Source: Spirochaetota bacterium
GTDB taxonomy: Bacteria; Spirochaetota; UBA4802; UBA5550
Direction: 5' to 3'
Assembly (NCBI GenBank): GCA_963663865.1
Contig: OY760686.1
Coordinates: forward strand, 448,001-512,000
DNA length: 64,000 nucleotides
In this document: piece after piece, positions 27,878 through 38,553 of the stretch
Layout of the letters: the number at the start of each line of letters is the position of its first letter
How positions within the stretch are numbered: the stretch's first letter is position 1
Notes under the pieces: generated by a model
Told to the model about the DNA's origin: nothing
What the model saw: only the letters and a program-made list of their open reading frames with translations
The model's database searches: none
Program-made: the position numbers and the translations under genes

Positions 27878-28714
27878 ATGGCCGCCTCTGTCGTCTGCCC
27901 GGTTTGCGGCTCAGACAGAGTTGCTGTCTCCGGCGGGAATGTCTATTTCTGCCGGAAATGCCGTACTGCTGTAAATACCGCCCACCAGATTCTGCCGTAC
28001 AGCGCTGAGTATTTTACCACCGAGTACAGTGCCCAATACGGTCTTACATACGAAGAAGACTTTCCGAATATCTACAGAGCCTCCAGAACACGCATTGACC
28101 GGATAAAAGCCACATTGGGCGTTTCTTCTCTGAAGGGTAAGTCTGTGCTTGATTTGGGTTCGGCGCTGGGATTTTTTCTGAAAGCAGCAGCTGACAGCGG
28201 TGCAGAAAAGGTAACAGGGGTTGAGGTTTCAAAGTATGCATCGGCTTTTGCCAGAGACAGACTCGGTATAAAAACTATTAACACCGTGTTTGAACAGACT
28301 GACTTTAATGATAAATTTGATATTGTTACCGCATGGTATTTCATTGAGCACTGCGCTGACACTGTTGGAATTATAAGTAAAATCTCAGGGCTGCTCAAGC
28401 CTGGCGGAATTTTAGCTTTCTCTGTACCTTCGGTTTTCGGGCCGCAGTTCTTGCTTAACCGTGAGAAGTGGCTCAGGGAAAGGCCTGTTGATCATAAGAT
28501 TGATCTCTCGCCCCGGTCAGCCGCGATTCTTCTGAAGAATGCCGGTTTTCACCGAATCAGGACTTATCCGTCGGGAATGCACCCGGACAGGGTGTTTAAC
28601 AGCAGGGGATTCTTGTTCAGACCTCTGTCGGCAGTTTACAGGCTGTTTTCCCGGATGACAGGTTTTTCAGATACAATTGAGGTCTACGCTGTTAAGAGGT
28701 CCGGGAAAAGTTAA
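27878..28714 (+). CDS. Class I SAM-dependent methyltransferase with N-terminal Zn ribbon
   Basis: CPVC...CRKC, VLDLGSALGFF, GVEVS, FIEH, LKPGG. Start ATG 27878. Confidence 0.9.
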   Translation: MAASVVCPVCGSDRVAVSGGNVYFCRKCRTAVNTAHQILPYSAEYFTTEYSAQYGLTYEEDFPNIYRASRTRIDRIKATLGVSSLKGKSVLDLGSALGFFLKAAADSGAEKVTGVEVSKYASAFARDRLGIKTINTVFEQTDFNDKFDIVTAWYFIEHCADTVGIISKISGLLKPGGILAFSVPSVFGPQFLLNREKWLRERPVDHKIDLSPRSAAILLKNAGFHRIRTYPSGMHPDRVFNSRGFLFRPLSAVYRLFSRMTGFSDTIEVYAVKRSGKS

Positions 28715-31383
28715 ATAAATATTTCCCGTGGTTTGCTTCCCTGCTGAGGGCCAACGTATCCGCGGTCTTCCATCTGCTCAATTATTCTCGCAGCGCGGTT
28801 GTATCCTATACTCAGCCGCCTCTGAAGATATGACGCGGAGGCTTTCCGTGTTTCTTCAACGATTTTCAGCGCTTCAACGAAAAGCTCATCATCCCCCTCA
28901 TCTTCCTGTCTCTGCTGCTCTGCCGCAAAGAGGCACTCTTCTATATCAATGTAATCAGGCCTGGCGTATTTTTTCAGGTGTTCTACTACGCTAATGCTCT
29001 CGTCCTCAGAGATGAACGCTCCCTGTACCCTTACCGGGAATGAACTCATTGGAGACTGATAGAGCATGTCGCCCTTCCCCAGGAGCTTTTCGGCTCCGTT
29101 CTGGTCAATAATGGTGCGCGAGTCGGTTTTTTGAGCGACTTGAAAGGCAATGCGGGCAGGGACATTGGCCTTGATTATTCCCGTCAGAACATCGACCGAC
29201 GGCCTCTGCGTAGCGAGAACGAGGTGAATACCTATTGCCCTCGCTTTTTGAGCAAGCCGTGTTATATAGCCTTCGACCTCCTTGCTGGCAACCATCATGA
29301 GGTCTGCAAGCTCGTCAATTATAACGACTATGTAGGGCAGGTTTTCAAGCGAACCGCTCTGAGAAGCTTTCTCGTTATAGCGCTCAATGTCGCGCGTGTT
29401 TACGGCTGAAAGCAGCCGGTATCTCCTGTCCATTTCGTAGATGGCCCATTTCAGCGCCATTGGGGCCGCGTGAGGCTCAGTTATAACTGGAGTGAGAAGA
29501 TGAGGCATGCCGTCGTATATCTGAAGTTCAACCATTTTCGGGTCAACCATGATGAATCTGACATAGTTCGGATCGTAGTTGTATACGAGGCTTGATATGA
29601 TAGCGTTAACACATACTGATTTACCTGAGCCTGTGGCACCGGCGATGAGGAGATGTGGAAGCCGCTTCAGGTCGAGGGTTAACGGTTTACCGAGTATGTC
29701 TTTCCCGAGAGCTACTTTCAGGCAGCCCGGCTTTGTCAGGTACTCGTCTGAGGTAATAATGTCACCGACAGTGACCATCTCTCTGATCTTATTGGGAACT
29801 TCAACTCCTATAGCAGACTTGCCCGGAATAGGGGCGACTATTCTTACGCGCGACGCTGCAAGTGCCATGGCAATGTCGTCGGAAAGGCTCACTATTCGAT
29901 TTACCTTTATGCCGGGTGCGATCTGAAGCTCATACAATGTTATTACCGGGCCTCTGTTTACGTTTACAACCTTTGATTCTATACTGAAGTCAGCAAGAGT
30001 GTTGACGAGCAATGCCGAGTATTTTTTAATCTCGTTCTGCCAGCTCTCAGTGTCCGCGGGCGTAGAAGAGGTTAAGAAGCCGGTTGGAATAATATAGTCA
30101 TTGTTGATCGGGATTTCGTCAAAGAGCTGTTCTACTGCTTCCGCTGAACTGTCTGCAATGCTCTCGGGAGTATTTCCCTTGCCGATGTGATCATCGTTAT
30201 CTAAAAATTCATCAATGTGAGATGGAGATTCAGAAGCGACTTGTTCTTCGAGTCCAATCGATATAATCCTGTTGCGCGAGATTGTATCATCAAGTTTTGA
30301 CGACTGGTTCTCAGAGTTGCCCTGTTTTTTTGATGCAGAGTGTAATTCAACCGCTTCCGTAAAATCAGGCGTCAATGGGGCTTGTTCATCAGTATAATCA
30401 TATTCTTCAATATCTTCAGAAATATTTTCTTCAGATATATCGGATGAGTCTATGGTAATTATTTCAAGCCCTTCATCCTGTGAGATGTCGTCGGGAGAAA
30501 CGATTGTGTCATCTTCATCTATGAAGCTCCATTCCGGGGTTTCATTGCTGTCGAATGAAGACGTTTGTAAACCGCTGTTTCCGATGATTTCCTGAACCCT
30601 CGGCTCTTTCAATGACTCGCGTATCATTTCGTGCACTGAACCGGAACTTGAGAGTATGCTGCCGGCAGCTTCAGTGACTGAGAGTTGAAGGTATTTTGCG
30701 GAATTATCCGGCTGAGCGGCAGGATGATTTACCGGAATAGTTTTTTTGACAATCCAGGGCATTCTCTTTTTGCCGCTTTTTTTCAGGTCTTCCTGAATAG
30801 AATTGAGCGGTATTGTATCACTGTATTTTTTCGAAGCGAAAAGTCCGCCGAAAAAACGGATTTTATCGGCGGAATGACGGCGGTCGAGGAAGTCTGCCAC
30901 AACTCTGGAAAAGGAAACAAGGCCAAGAAGAGAAAGAGCTATCAGATTTAACACTACTTCAACAATCAAAGAGCCGGCGCTGCCGAGTAGTGAAAGCAGC
31001 ATAGCGTTGAGATATGAGCCGACAATTCCACCGGAGAGCTGCACCGCGGTGTCATAGACAGCTGAGATGAATATTGACAGCGTTATTGAAAAGAAGATAA
31101 GCGAGAATACCTTTTCGAGTACAGGCCTCGGGGAGCCGCTGCGGACCATGCTGAATCCGCAGATGCATATAGCCGCAGCGATTATATATGCGGTGAGGCC
31201 GAAAGCCGTCCGGAAAACATGCGCTATCCATGCCCCGACAGGGCCAATAATGTTGGATATGACGCCTCCGCCCGCAAGAACCCTGTAGTCTTCATGGCTG
31301 TATGACGCGAGCGCGAGAACAATGAGCACTGAAACCAGGATAACAGCAATGCCAAGTATCTCCTGGCCTTTCCCTCTGAACAA
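28711..31383 (-). CDS. ftsK: DNA translocase FtsK
   Basis: 4TM N-terminus, acidic linker, PHLLIAGATGSGKS, IDELAD, ATQRPS, gamma domain SASYLQRRLSIGYNRAAR. Confidence 0.97.
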   Translation of the reverse strand: MFRGKGQEILGIAVILVSVLIVLALASYSHEDYRVLAGGGVISNIIGPVGAWIAHVFRTAFGLTAYIIAAAICICGFSMVRSGSPRPVLEKVFSLIFFSITLSIFISAVYDTAVQLSGGIVGSYLNAMLLSLLGSAGSLIVEVVLNLIALSLLGLVSFSRVVADFLDRRHSADKIRFFGGLFASKKYSDTIPLNSIQEDLKKSGKKRMPWIVKKTIPVNHPAAQPDNSAKYLQLSVTEAAGSILSSSGSVHEMIRESLKEPRVQEIIGNSGLQTSSFDSNETPEWSFIDEDDTIVSPDDISQDEGLEIITIDSSDISEENISEDIEEYDYTDEQAPLTPDFTEAVELHSASKKQGNSENQSSKLDDTISRNRIISIGLEEQVASESPSHIDEFLDNDDHIGKGNTPESIADSSAEAVEQLFDEIPINNDYIIPTGFLTSSTPADTESWQNEIKKYSALLVNTLADFSIESKVVNVNRGPVITLYELQIAPGIKVNRIVSLSDDIAMALAASRVRIVAPIPGKSAIGVEVPNKIREMVTVGDIITSDEYLTKPGCLKVALGKDILGKPLTLDLKRLPHLLIAGATGSGKSVCVNAIISSLVYNYDPNYVRFIMVDPKMVELQIYDGMPHLLTPVITEPHAAPMALKWAIYEMDRRYRLLSAVNTRDIERYNEKASQSGSLENLPYIVVIIDELADLMMVASKEVEGYITRLAQKARAIGIHLVLATQRPSVDVLTGIIKANVPARIAFQVAQKTDSRTIIDQNGAEKLLGKGDMLYQSPMSSFPVRVQGAFISEDESISVVEHLKKYARPDYIDIEECLFAAEQQRQEDEGDDELFVEALKIVEETRKASASYLQRRLSIGYNRAARIIEQMEDRGYVGPQQGSKPREIFI

Positions 31384-31398
31384 CTCTGAGCCTCCATG

Positions 31399-32238
31399 CT
31401 ATTTTACAAGGTGAATAATGGCCAGTCCGCAAACCCCGGCCGCAATAGTATAGTAGCCGAAGATGTCCAGTCTCACCCTTTTTACCGCTGCCAGGAGTAA
31501 TTTAATCGCGAAAACAGCGACCAATGTCGCTACCGCGAAGGAAATTCCCAGCGGCAGAAATATCTCCGGCTTGACTGAACCCTGAGCCGCCTTGATGCCC
31601 TCCATGAGGCCGGCTCCCGCTATGACGGGCACAGCCATCAGAAAAGAGAACCTGGCCGATTCAAGAGGGGCAAGACCCGCAAGCATGCCGCCTGCTATTG
31701 TCATTCCTGACCGGGATATTCCTGGCAAAATTGCCAGAGCCTGGAACAGCCCAACGACGAATGAGCGGAAAAGGCCTATCTCACTTATTTGTCGGCTTTT
31801 CAGAGGAATTTTCTTAGTCAGTATGAGCGCAATTCCGTTGATTATGAGGAGAATAAGCGTGAGCGTCACTATTCCGTATATTGATTCAAACGCATCGTTC
31901 AGGGCTATGCCGATGGCTCCGGCAGGCACAGAGGCAACGAGAATGTTCAAAGCGGAACGGAATCCGGGATCAGTGAAGTCTCTGGTCCGCAATCCTCTGA
32001 AGAAACCCGCGATAATATCGACGATGTCTTTTCTCAGAAGTATGAGTACTGCAAGCAATGTCGCTACATGGAGAGCGACATTGACGAACAGGTTGATATC
32101 TTCCCCCAGATTTTCTATAAAAGCGGAAAACTGGGGTATGCTTTGAAATATGACGAGGTGTCCCGATGATGAAATCGGAAGAAACTCGGCAATACCCTGT
32201 ACAACTGCAAGAGTAAGAAGAACGGTCAACAGGTTCAT
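31399..32238 (-). CDS. uppP: Undecaprenyl-diphosphate phosphatase
   Basis: QGIAEFLPISSSGH, PGISRSG, FSFLM. Confidence 0.96.
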   Translation of the reverse strand: MNLLTVLLTLAVVQGIAEFLPISSSGHLVIFQSIPQFSAFIENLGEDINLFVNVALHVATLLAVLILLRKDIVDIIAGFFRGLRTRDFTDPGFRSALNILVASVPAGAIGIALNDAFESIYGIVTLTLILLIINGIALILTKKIPLKSRQISEIGLFRSFVVGLFQALAILPGISRSGMTIAGGMLAGLAPLESARFSFLMAVPVIAGAGLMEGIKAAQGSVKPEIFLPLGISFAVATLVAVFAIKLLLAAVKRVRLDIFGYYTIAAGVCGLAIIHLVK

Positions 32239-32241
32239 CGA

Positions 32242-33936
32242 TTATACCTCAATAATCTTAACAATAACAATAGAGTTGCGGCGGGTAAGCTTGTAGATAT
32301 GGCTCTTGAGACTTGTTTTGATCGAGCCTTCAATTTCCGCCGGATTCGAAGTCTTGTGCAGCATCTTTGTAAGTTTCTTTTCAGTATCCTTCCGTATGGT
32401 TTCAATGATGTGGCGGCTGGAATCTCCAACAACACCGCGGGTTACAATCTCCGGTTCACGCAGCAGCATGCCCTGTGAGATGACCGCAGTTAGCATTACT
32501 ATTCCCTCGCTGGACATCGCGTTTCTGTCGGTTATGACACTGCTTGTTGTATCTCCAGTCTCTGAACCGTCGACGTATATCTGCGCGAGATTGAGTGTGT
32601 TAATCCGTTTGAATGAATTATTCGAAAGCTCAAGAACATCTCCGCATTTTGCTATGCGCGCATGAGACGGCTTTATTCCCAGAGTCTCAGCTATTTCGAC
32701 GTGAGCTTTCATGTGCCGGTATTCTCCATGGATGGGCAGAAAGAACCTGGGTTTGGTGATTGAGAGCATAAGCTTAAGCTCTTTCGAAGATCCATGCCCG
32801 GAAACGTGAATGGCTTCGTCCTGATCGTAATACACCGAGGCGCCGAGCGACATAAGGGAATTGATTACATTGGTTACAAACCTTTCGTTTCCTGGAATTA
32901 CCGACGCCGTTATGACGACAGTATCTCCCTTCTCAGCTTTGAAATGTCTGTGAGTTCCGTTTGCCATTCTTGAAAGCGCGGACATGGGTTCCCCCTGGGT
33001 TCCGGTTCCTATGACAACGAGTTTTTTATGGGGGAGCGAGTTTGCCTGTTCAACGTTAACTATAAGGTCGTCTTTTACTGTCAAAAAGCCGAGGGTTCGT
33101 GAAATATCAATGTTCTTCTGCATGCTCATGCCAGAGATGGCCACCTTCCTGTTGAAGCGCTGAGCAACATCCATAACCTGCTGAATTCTGTGAATGTTGG
33201 AAGCGAATGTGGCGACAATTATTCGGCCTTTAGCTTCCGCGAATACGTCTATGAGCTTGTCCACGAGTATGGACTCTGACTTCGTGAAGCCCGATTTTGT
33301 CGCGTTCGTGCTGTCAGACATGAGTAAAAGCACGCCTTTTTCCCCGTAGTCCGCGAAGCGGTATATGTCTGTTACCGCTCCGTCAACCGGCGAGAAGTCA
33401 ATCTTGAAGTCTCCGGTGTGAATTATCGTTCCTATGTCGGTGTTTATGGCTAGGCCGACGCCGCCGATTATCGAGTGATTCACATGGATAAACTCAATGC
33501 TGAAAGGGCCGATCTTGCGGGTTTCACGCGGCTTGATTTCAATTAGATGAGGCTTGTTTTTCGGCGGCCGCTCCTCAAGCCGGCTTTGTATGAGGCCGAG
33601 AGTGAGTTTTGTGCCATAGACAGGCGCATTTACGATGTTAAGCAGAAATGGCACCGCGCCAATGTGGTCTTCATGGCCGTGTGTTATTACGATACCCATT
33701 ACCTTCTTCTTATTCTGCGTGATATAGGTAAAGTCGGGTATAATAAAGTCTATGCCAGGTGTCTCCTCTGTGGGGAAGCTGATGCCACAGTCGACTATGA
33801 GTATTTCATCTTTGTACTCGAAAAGGGTAATGTTTTTCCCTATGTATCCGAGTCCGCCGAGCGGTATTATCTTTACCGAGGGCGATGAGCCCGCTTTTCC
33901 AGGGCGCCTATTTTTTTGTACTGTTTGCTGTTTCAT
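32242..33936 (-). CDS. rnj: Ribonuclease J
   Basis: [44 protein letters not shown]. Confidence 0.97.
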   Translation of the reverse strand: MKQQTVQKNRRPGKAGSSPSVKIIPLGGLGYIGKNITLFEYKDEILIVDCGISFPTEETPGIDFIIPDFTYITQNKKKVMGIVITHGHEDHIGAVPFLLNIVNAPVYGTKLTLGLIQSRLEERPPKNKPHLIEIKPRETRKIGPFSIEFIHVNHSIIGGVGLAINTDIGTIIHTGDFKIDFSPVDGAVTDIYRFADYGEKGVLLLMSDSTNATKSGFTKSESILVDKLIDVFAEAKGRIIVATFASNIHRIQQVMDVAQRFNRKVAISGMSMQKNIDISRTLGFLTVKDDLIVNVEQANSLPHKKLVVIGTGTQGEPMSALSRMANGTHRHFKAEKGDTVVITASVIPGNERFVTNVINSLMSLGASVYYDQDEAIHVSGHGSSKELKLMLSITKPRFFLPIHGEYRHMKAHVEIAETLGIKPSHARIAKCGDVLELSNNSFKRINTLNLAQIYVDGSETGDTTSSVITDRNAMSSEGIVMLTAVISQGMLLREPEIVTRGVVGDSSRHIIETIRKDTEKKLTKMLHKTSNPAEIEGSIKTSLKSHIYKLTRRNSIVIVKIIEV

Positions 33937-34367
33937 ATTCCGGTATGTCCGAAACCTCCTTCGTTTCTTTTTGTTGCATTCAATTCTTCGGCCGGAACAA
34001 AATCTCCACGGAACACTCTTGCGAGGACAAGCTGTGCTATCCTCATTCCAGGTTCGATGGAGAAGGGGCTTTGCCCTGCGTTTAGAAGAATGACTTTAAT
34101 TTCACCCCGGTAGTCTGAATCAATGGTTCCCGGCGAGTTAGGAAGGATAATGCCGTGCTCAATCGCCAGACCGCTTCTCGGCCTGATCTGAGCTTCATAG
34201 CCTTCCGGAATCTCAAGGAAAAATCCAGTTGGAACAAGTGTCCTTTCACCTGGGTTTAATATTACTGCTTTATTCAGAAACGCCCTGACATCGGCACCTG
34301 CCGAACCCGGCGTTCTGTATTCGGGGACGCTTGCCCCGGGTTTTGTTCTGATTTTAATGTTAATCAT
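33933..34367 (-). CDS. dut: dUTP diphosphatase
   Basis: [39 protein letters not shown]. Confidence 0.97.
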   Translation of the reverse strand: MINIKIRTKPGASVPEYRTPGSAGADVRAFLNKAVILNPGERTLVPTGFFLEIPEGYEAQIRPRSGLAIEHGIILPNSPGTIDSDYRGEIKVILLNAGQSPFSIEPGMRIAQLVLARVFRGDFVPAEELNATKRNEGGFGHTGI

Positions 34368-34379
34368 GAGGAACCTGAG

Positions 34380-35255
34380 TTAAATATACTTCTTTATCTC
34401 TCTTATGAGGCAGGCCTCTTCTGATTCGCACTTGCCGCATTGCGGGTCGTTTTCATCAAAGTCTTCCGGCACGCATAATTTGCTGCTGGAATCAGTTTCG
34501 TGCATAATTCTCATGTATTGAATCAGCTGGTAATCGTCGTCTGAAAGTGAATCAAAGCCCTTTGTTTTAAGCTTTTTGAGTATGTCGGTAAGCCTGGATT
34601 TGTCCGAGGAAACCTGTTTCAGTGAAACAGAAGCGGGCTTTAACGCCTCAACTCTTTTCTTTACAGCCGCTTTTTTTGCACGGAGATTGCGGGCTATGGT
34701 CAGAAAATAGATTATTCCGAAAAGGAGACCGCCGACGTGGCCGACGTGAGAGATTCCGCTGCCACCTCCGCTTGAGAAGAGCGAGTAAAGCTCGAAAGCT
34801 CCGTAAAGGATTACGAGATACTTTGCTTTTATCGGCAATACAAAGAAAAGCAGTATCACTGATTCAGGGAACAGAACTCCAAACGCGAGAAGTATTCCAA
34901 AAACAGCGCCGGACGCGCCTATCGTGGGAACCGCGGAAAGAGCCCCTCCGAAAAAGAAATAGTTAATAATAAATATGCAAATTCCAGCGCCTATGCCTGT
35001 GAAGAAGTAGTACTGCAGAAAACGCCTGCTTCCCCACGTCCTTTCTATCTCAATGCCGAATATCAGGAGCGCGTACATGTTAACAAAAAGATGGAAAAAA
35101 TTACCGTGGAAGAACATGTACGTGACGATTTGCCAGATGAAGCCCTTCTCTGCAACAAGCTGAGGTATCAGCCCGAAGTAATAGATGTTAATAAAAGGGC
35201 CGGCCAGGAAGACCACCGCGTTTATTATGATAAGCTTTATTACAACATTTTTCAT
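34380..35255 (-). CDS. Rhomboid intramembrane serine protease with Cys-rich C-terminal domain
   Basis: WQIVTYMFFHG, HLFVNM, GASGA (Ser), HVGG (His). Soluble tail with four Cys. Confidence 0.92.
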   Translation of the reverse strand: MKNVVIKLIIINAVVFLAGPFINIYYFGLIPQLVAEKGFIWQIVTYMFFHGNFFHLFVNMYALLIFGIEIERTWGSRRFLQYYFFTGIGAGICIFIINYFFFGGALSAVPTIGASGAVFGILLAFGVLFPESVILLFFVLPIKAKYLVILYGAFELYSLFSSGGGSGISHVGHVGGLLFGIIYFLTIARNLRAKKAAVKKRVEALKPASVSLKQVSSDKSRLTDILKKLKTKGFDSLSDDDYQLIQYMRIMHETDSSSKLCVPEDFDENDPQCGKCESEEACLIREIKKYI

Positions 35256-35338
35256 TAACAAAAACCCGATATTGTATTGCGAAAATCCGTTTTTACGGAA
35301 AACACACTCTTTAAGGCATTAAGCTTTTAAGGAAGTTA

Positions 35339-36262
35339 TCAGTCAAAGACTTTTTCTGAACGCTCCTGTTGAAACCTCTCTATGATATCGGCAAATTTTG
35401 AGTGAGACAGGAGGCATTGTCTGTAAAGGCCCGCCTCAGTTTTGGGAGGATGGAGCTCAGCAATGCACTTCTCAGCCGCATATTTAAGGGTGTTAATCGA
35501 AATGTCTGATATTACGCCAAGGTTGCTTGCAGGTAGCCCAGAGGCTTCACAGAGCGAAGAATGGTACTGGGTCGGATTGAGGGCGATAAGACCGCAGCCT
35601 GCCGCAAGTCCTTCGTAAAGCATTATGCCGAAATGTGAGATTACTGCTTTTGAGGACAGGAGTATGCTGCCATGGGACAGCCCGTCAAGGCGGGAAAGGC
35701 AGCCATCCCTGTAAAGCAGGGGATGCTGTCCCCCGAGAAGGACTGCAGACATGGCTTTGCCGCAGATCTGGCGGGCAATCTCCTCACGTTCGGACTGCTC
35801 CAGAGCGAGGTATATACAGAAGTCAAAATCTCTATAAACAGGTGACTCATCTTCTGGGGCTAACCCTGTAAGGAAGTTGTGCCCGTACAGGAAAGCATCG
35901 GGTCTATAATCAGGCGCCGGGTTAACCCGGCTGATAACCGGAAGAAGGTCAACAGCCAAATCTGCCAGAGAGCGGCCTGAACCGGCGTCGTCGATAGCGA
36001 TAACGGGAGCGCTGCGCCGGAGTTCAGCCATCTCGCCGAGGCTGGAATCGCGCATGTCTCTTATTATGAATGCCGTTTCAGGCGGGATGAGCCTGTTCTG
36101 AAACGATGTTATTCCCTGATCTTCTTTACTTTCCAGCTTTATAAGCGAAGCGCTTATTGCGGTGTATCTGTTCAGGTAATCCGCCAGGCTGAGCATTCTC
36201 TGGAGATGTCCTCTTCCGAGCTCTGCGCTTTCAGAGGTAATTATTGCGGCACGCTGTTTCAT
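35339..36262 (-). CDS. PseG/SpsG-like GT-B fold nucleotide-sugar hydrolase or glycosyltransferase
   Basis: GRGHLQRMLSLA, IAIDD, SHFGIMLYE. Adjacent to a cytidylyltransferase. Confidence 0.7.
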   Translation of the reverse strand: MKQRAAIITSESAELGRGHLQRMLSLADYLNRYTAISASLIKLESKEDQGITSFQNRLIPPETAFIIRDMRDSSLGEMAELRRSAPVIAIDDAGSGRSLADLAVDLLPVISRVNPAPDYRPDAFLYGHNFLTGLAPEDESPVYRDFDFCIYLALEQSEREEIARQICGKAMSAVLLGGQHPLLYRDGCLSRLDGLSHGSILLSSKAVISHFGIMLYEGLAAGCGLIALNPTQYHSSLCEASGLPASNLGVISDISINTLKYAAEKCIAELHPPKTEAGLYRQCLLSHSKFADIIERFQQERSEKVFD

Positions 36263-37002
36263 CCGGCAGAATGCGTCATCGGCCTTTGCTCGACAGAGCT
36301 GTTTATTGAAACAAGGCCGGGATTGTCTTTCAGATAGCTGAGTATATCCTTTAATGAATACGGTTTGCCCCTGTAGAGGGCTTCAGAAAGCGCAGCAGCG
36401 AGTTCAAAGTCTTCAGCAGTGTCAACGGTCAGGCGGAGATTTGAAGCCTCCTTGTCCAGGCCTGACTCTTTGCGCAGGACACTGAACCTTTCGGGATGCT
36501 CCTTGATATATGGCGATACATGCTCTCTCTGATGGGGTTCTGCCGCCTCTATGTACGCGGCTTCGAGCGAGCGCATTGAGATGATTTCAACACCTGTTCC
36601 GAGCGGGAGGCCCGTAAGGCCGAAGTTGTCTGCATCAGCCTCTATTGCCTCGCGTAATGAAATGGATGCGTAGTCCGCATCTGTGAAAGGATTGTCTCCG
36701 GTAACCCTGACTACACAGCCGCAGCTGTGGGGAAGAGCTGCAAGGTAGTATCTTGCGAGGACGTCGTCAGGAGAGCCTCTGAAGAAATCGATTCGGCATT
36801 TCTTTGCTGTCTCTTCAAGCACGTCGTTCTCAGCTGTATCGGGAATTGCGAGGATGACCGCGGAAAGCCCGTCAATAGCCGCAGCTCTTTCTATGACGTG
36901 TTCAATTAATGGTTTACCGGCAAGATTGAGCAGGGATTTGCCAGGCAGTCTGGTTGATTCCATTCTTGCCTGAATTACCGCTACTGCTTTTGAATTGTTC
37001 AT
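36259..37002 (-). CDS. SpsF-like cytidylyltransferase (CTP_transf_3)
   Basis: IQARMESTRLPGK, RGSPDDVLARY, RVTGDNPF, REHVSPY, RLTVDTAED. Confidence 0.9.
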   Translation of the reverse strand: MNNSKAVAVIQARMESTRLPGKSLLNLAGKPLIEHVIERAAAIDGLSAVILAIPDTAENDVLEETAKKCRIDFFRGSPDDVLARYYLAALPHSCGCVVRVTGDNPFTDADYASISLREAIEADADNFGLTGLPLGTGVEIISMRSLEAAYIEAAEPHQREHVSPYIKEHPERFSVLRKESGLDKEASNLRLTVDTAEDFELAAALSEALYRGKPYSLKDILSYLKDNPGLVSINSSVEQRPMTHSAG

Positions 37003-37013
37003 AGTCAGGCCTG

Positions 37014-38486
37014 TCAGAAATTAAATGTGTACCACTCGTCGCAGCTCCTGCAGTCAGGCGCAACCGGGTATTCCTGGCGGCTGTTTGTCCCGAAATCGGA
37101 GATGGATTTCATATAGATTTCTTTTATAGAATCCTTATTGAGGTCGCCGCGGGAATTGAGGCAATTTATATCCTGCTTGCAGAATGGAACCCGGCCGTCA
37201 GCGAGAACGAAGAGGTCGCGGGCGAGATGCCAGCAGGGTGTCCGTTCAAGAGGCGTCAGGTCGGAATAGCGCCTGTCTTCTATGAGTCCGAAATACGTAT
37301 TCTGTTTTTGAAGTATTATCGAATATCCCTTCTCCTCCCAGTAGTCGTAATAGGAGTCGAGGGTCTCTTCGGTTTCGTTGATCTTCATTACCTGTAGAAA
37401 GAGGCTGCCCTTTCTGTCTTTGAGGGGGGATATGAGCTCAAGATTGGACATGACCCGTTCAAAAAAGTCGGCTCCATGCATCTGTTGATATCCCGCCGAA
37501 GAAAAGGCGTTGATGTTTACGATAGCGACTATTTTGCCGGAATCGTCATCGTTTAATAGCTTTGCGGTTCTTTCGGTTATATCCGCTGCTGATGTTTCAA
37601 TTATAACGCGCTCAACGAGCGGATCGGCGCACGATATTTTTATAAATGATTCGAAATCAGCATGCAGAAGGGGTTCGCCTGAGCCTCCGAAACAGACCGT
37701 GTATGGAAGGCCGAATTCGCGCATGTCATTGATGACGCGTTTGAACAGCTGAGGGGCCATGTCGCCTCTCGGCTGTTCAAGTGATTTTCTGTAGCAGAAG
37801 AGGCAGTCAAGCGAACACCTTCCGGTGATCTCAATCTCGAGGTATGAAGGGCCTTGGCAGAGGACTGACGGGTTTGCGTCGATAAGTCCCTTAAGCTCTG
37901 AATAGCGCGGAATTGTCCCGGCGATTGAATGGATGGCGGACATCTGGGCAGCGCATCTTTTATGTGAGAGCCTGAACGACATTCGGCGGTCGCGTATATC
38001 GGGTCCTCTGTAATACAGCTCAACATCGAATTGATTGATATTGGACCGTATCACCTTCGAGAGAGGCAGAGTTTCCACGTCGGTGTCGGGTATGAGGTCA
38101 AAAAGCTTTGATGAGTAAATCTCGGCACCAAGGCCCTCGGGCAGGTTTTCCGAATAGGTGAACTCGGCAAGATTGTCCCGGTGAACCGAGAGCATGTCTC
38201 TGACCACCTCAGCGTCGATAAACGGAGAGTCTGCGTATATCCTTACGATGTCATCGTATTGTGTCTTTTTGAAGAGCTGTTTCCAGAATGCGGCGTGATC
38301 GTATGACGGGCGTTTGTCGGCGTTTTCGGAATTCAGCCTGCCGTTGTAGGATTCCGGAATGGAAATGATGATGTCGCCGATTCCGGAAAGCCGCTCAGCT
38401 AACATGGCCGGTGTAAAGGATTCGGCGAAGATAAGGTCATTATCTGTCAGCCCGTCTTCAACATATAGGAGAATGGCAGTTTTCAA
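37014..38486 (-). CDS. Spiro-SPASM-like protein (cytidylyltransferase-like + radical SAM + SPASM/Twitch)
   Basis: N-terminal ADSPFID/AEFTYSENLPEG, CSLDCLFC, GGSGEPLLH, C-terminal RTPCWHL..DGRVPFCKQD..CRSCDEWYTFNF. TTG start with GGAGG RBS. Confidence 0.85.
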   Translation of the reverse strand: MKTAILLYVEDGLTDNDLIFAESFTPAMLAERLSGIGDIIISIPESYNGRLNSENADKRPSYDHAAFWKQLFKKTQYDDIVRIYADSPFIDAEVVRDMLSVHRDNLAEFTYSENLPEGLGAEIYSSKLFDLIPDTDVETLPLSKVIRSNINQFDVELYYRGPDIRDRRMSFRLSHKRCAAQMSAIHSIAGTIPRYSELKGLIDANPSVLCQGPSYLEIEITGRCSLDCLFCYRKSLEQPRGDMAPQLFKRVINDMREFGLPYTVCFGGSGEPLLHADFESFIKISCADPLVERVIIETSAADITERTAKLLNDDDSGKIVAIVNINAFSSAGYQQMHGADFFERVMSNLELISPLKDRKGSLFLQVMKINETEETLDSYYDYWEEKGYSIILQKQNTYFGLIEDRRYSDLTPLERTPCWHLARDLFVLADGRVPFCKQDINCLNSRGDLNKDSIKEIYMKSISDFGTNSRQEYPVAPDCRSCDEWYTFNF

Positions 38487-38553
38487 TCTCGCCTCCTGAT
38501 AAAGTTCGGCTCTATGCGGCTTTGAGAGAATAACTCTGTTTTAATAAGCCTAT

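Noticed and set aside
31592-32146. 184-aa plus-strand ORF and the many similar antisense or nested ORFs in the track
   Set aside because: Shadows of well-supported genes on the opposite strand or in another frame, with no motifs or RBS.
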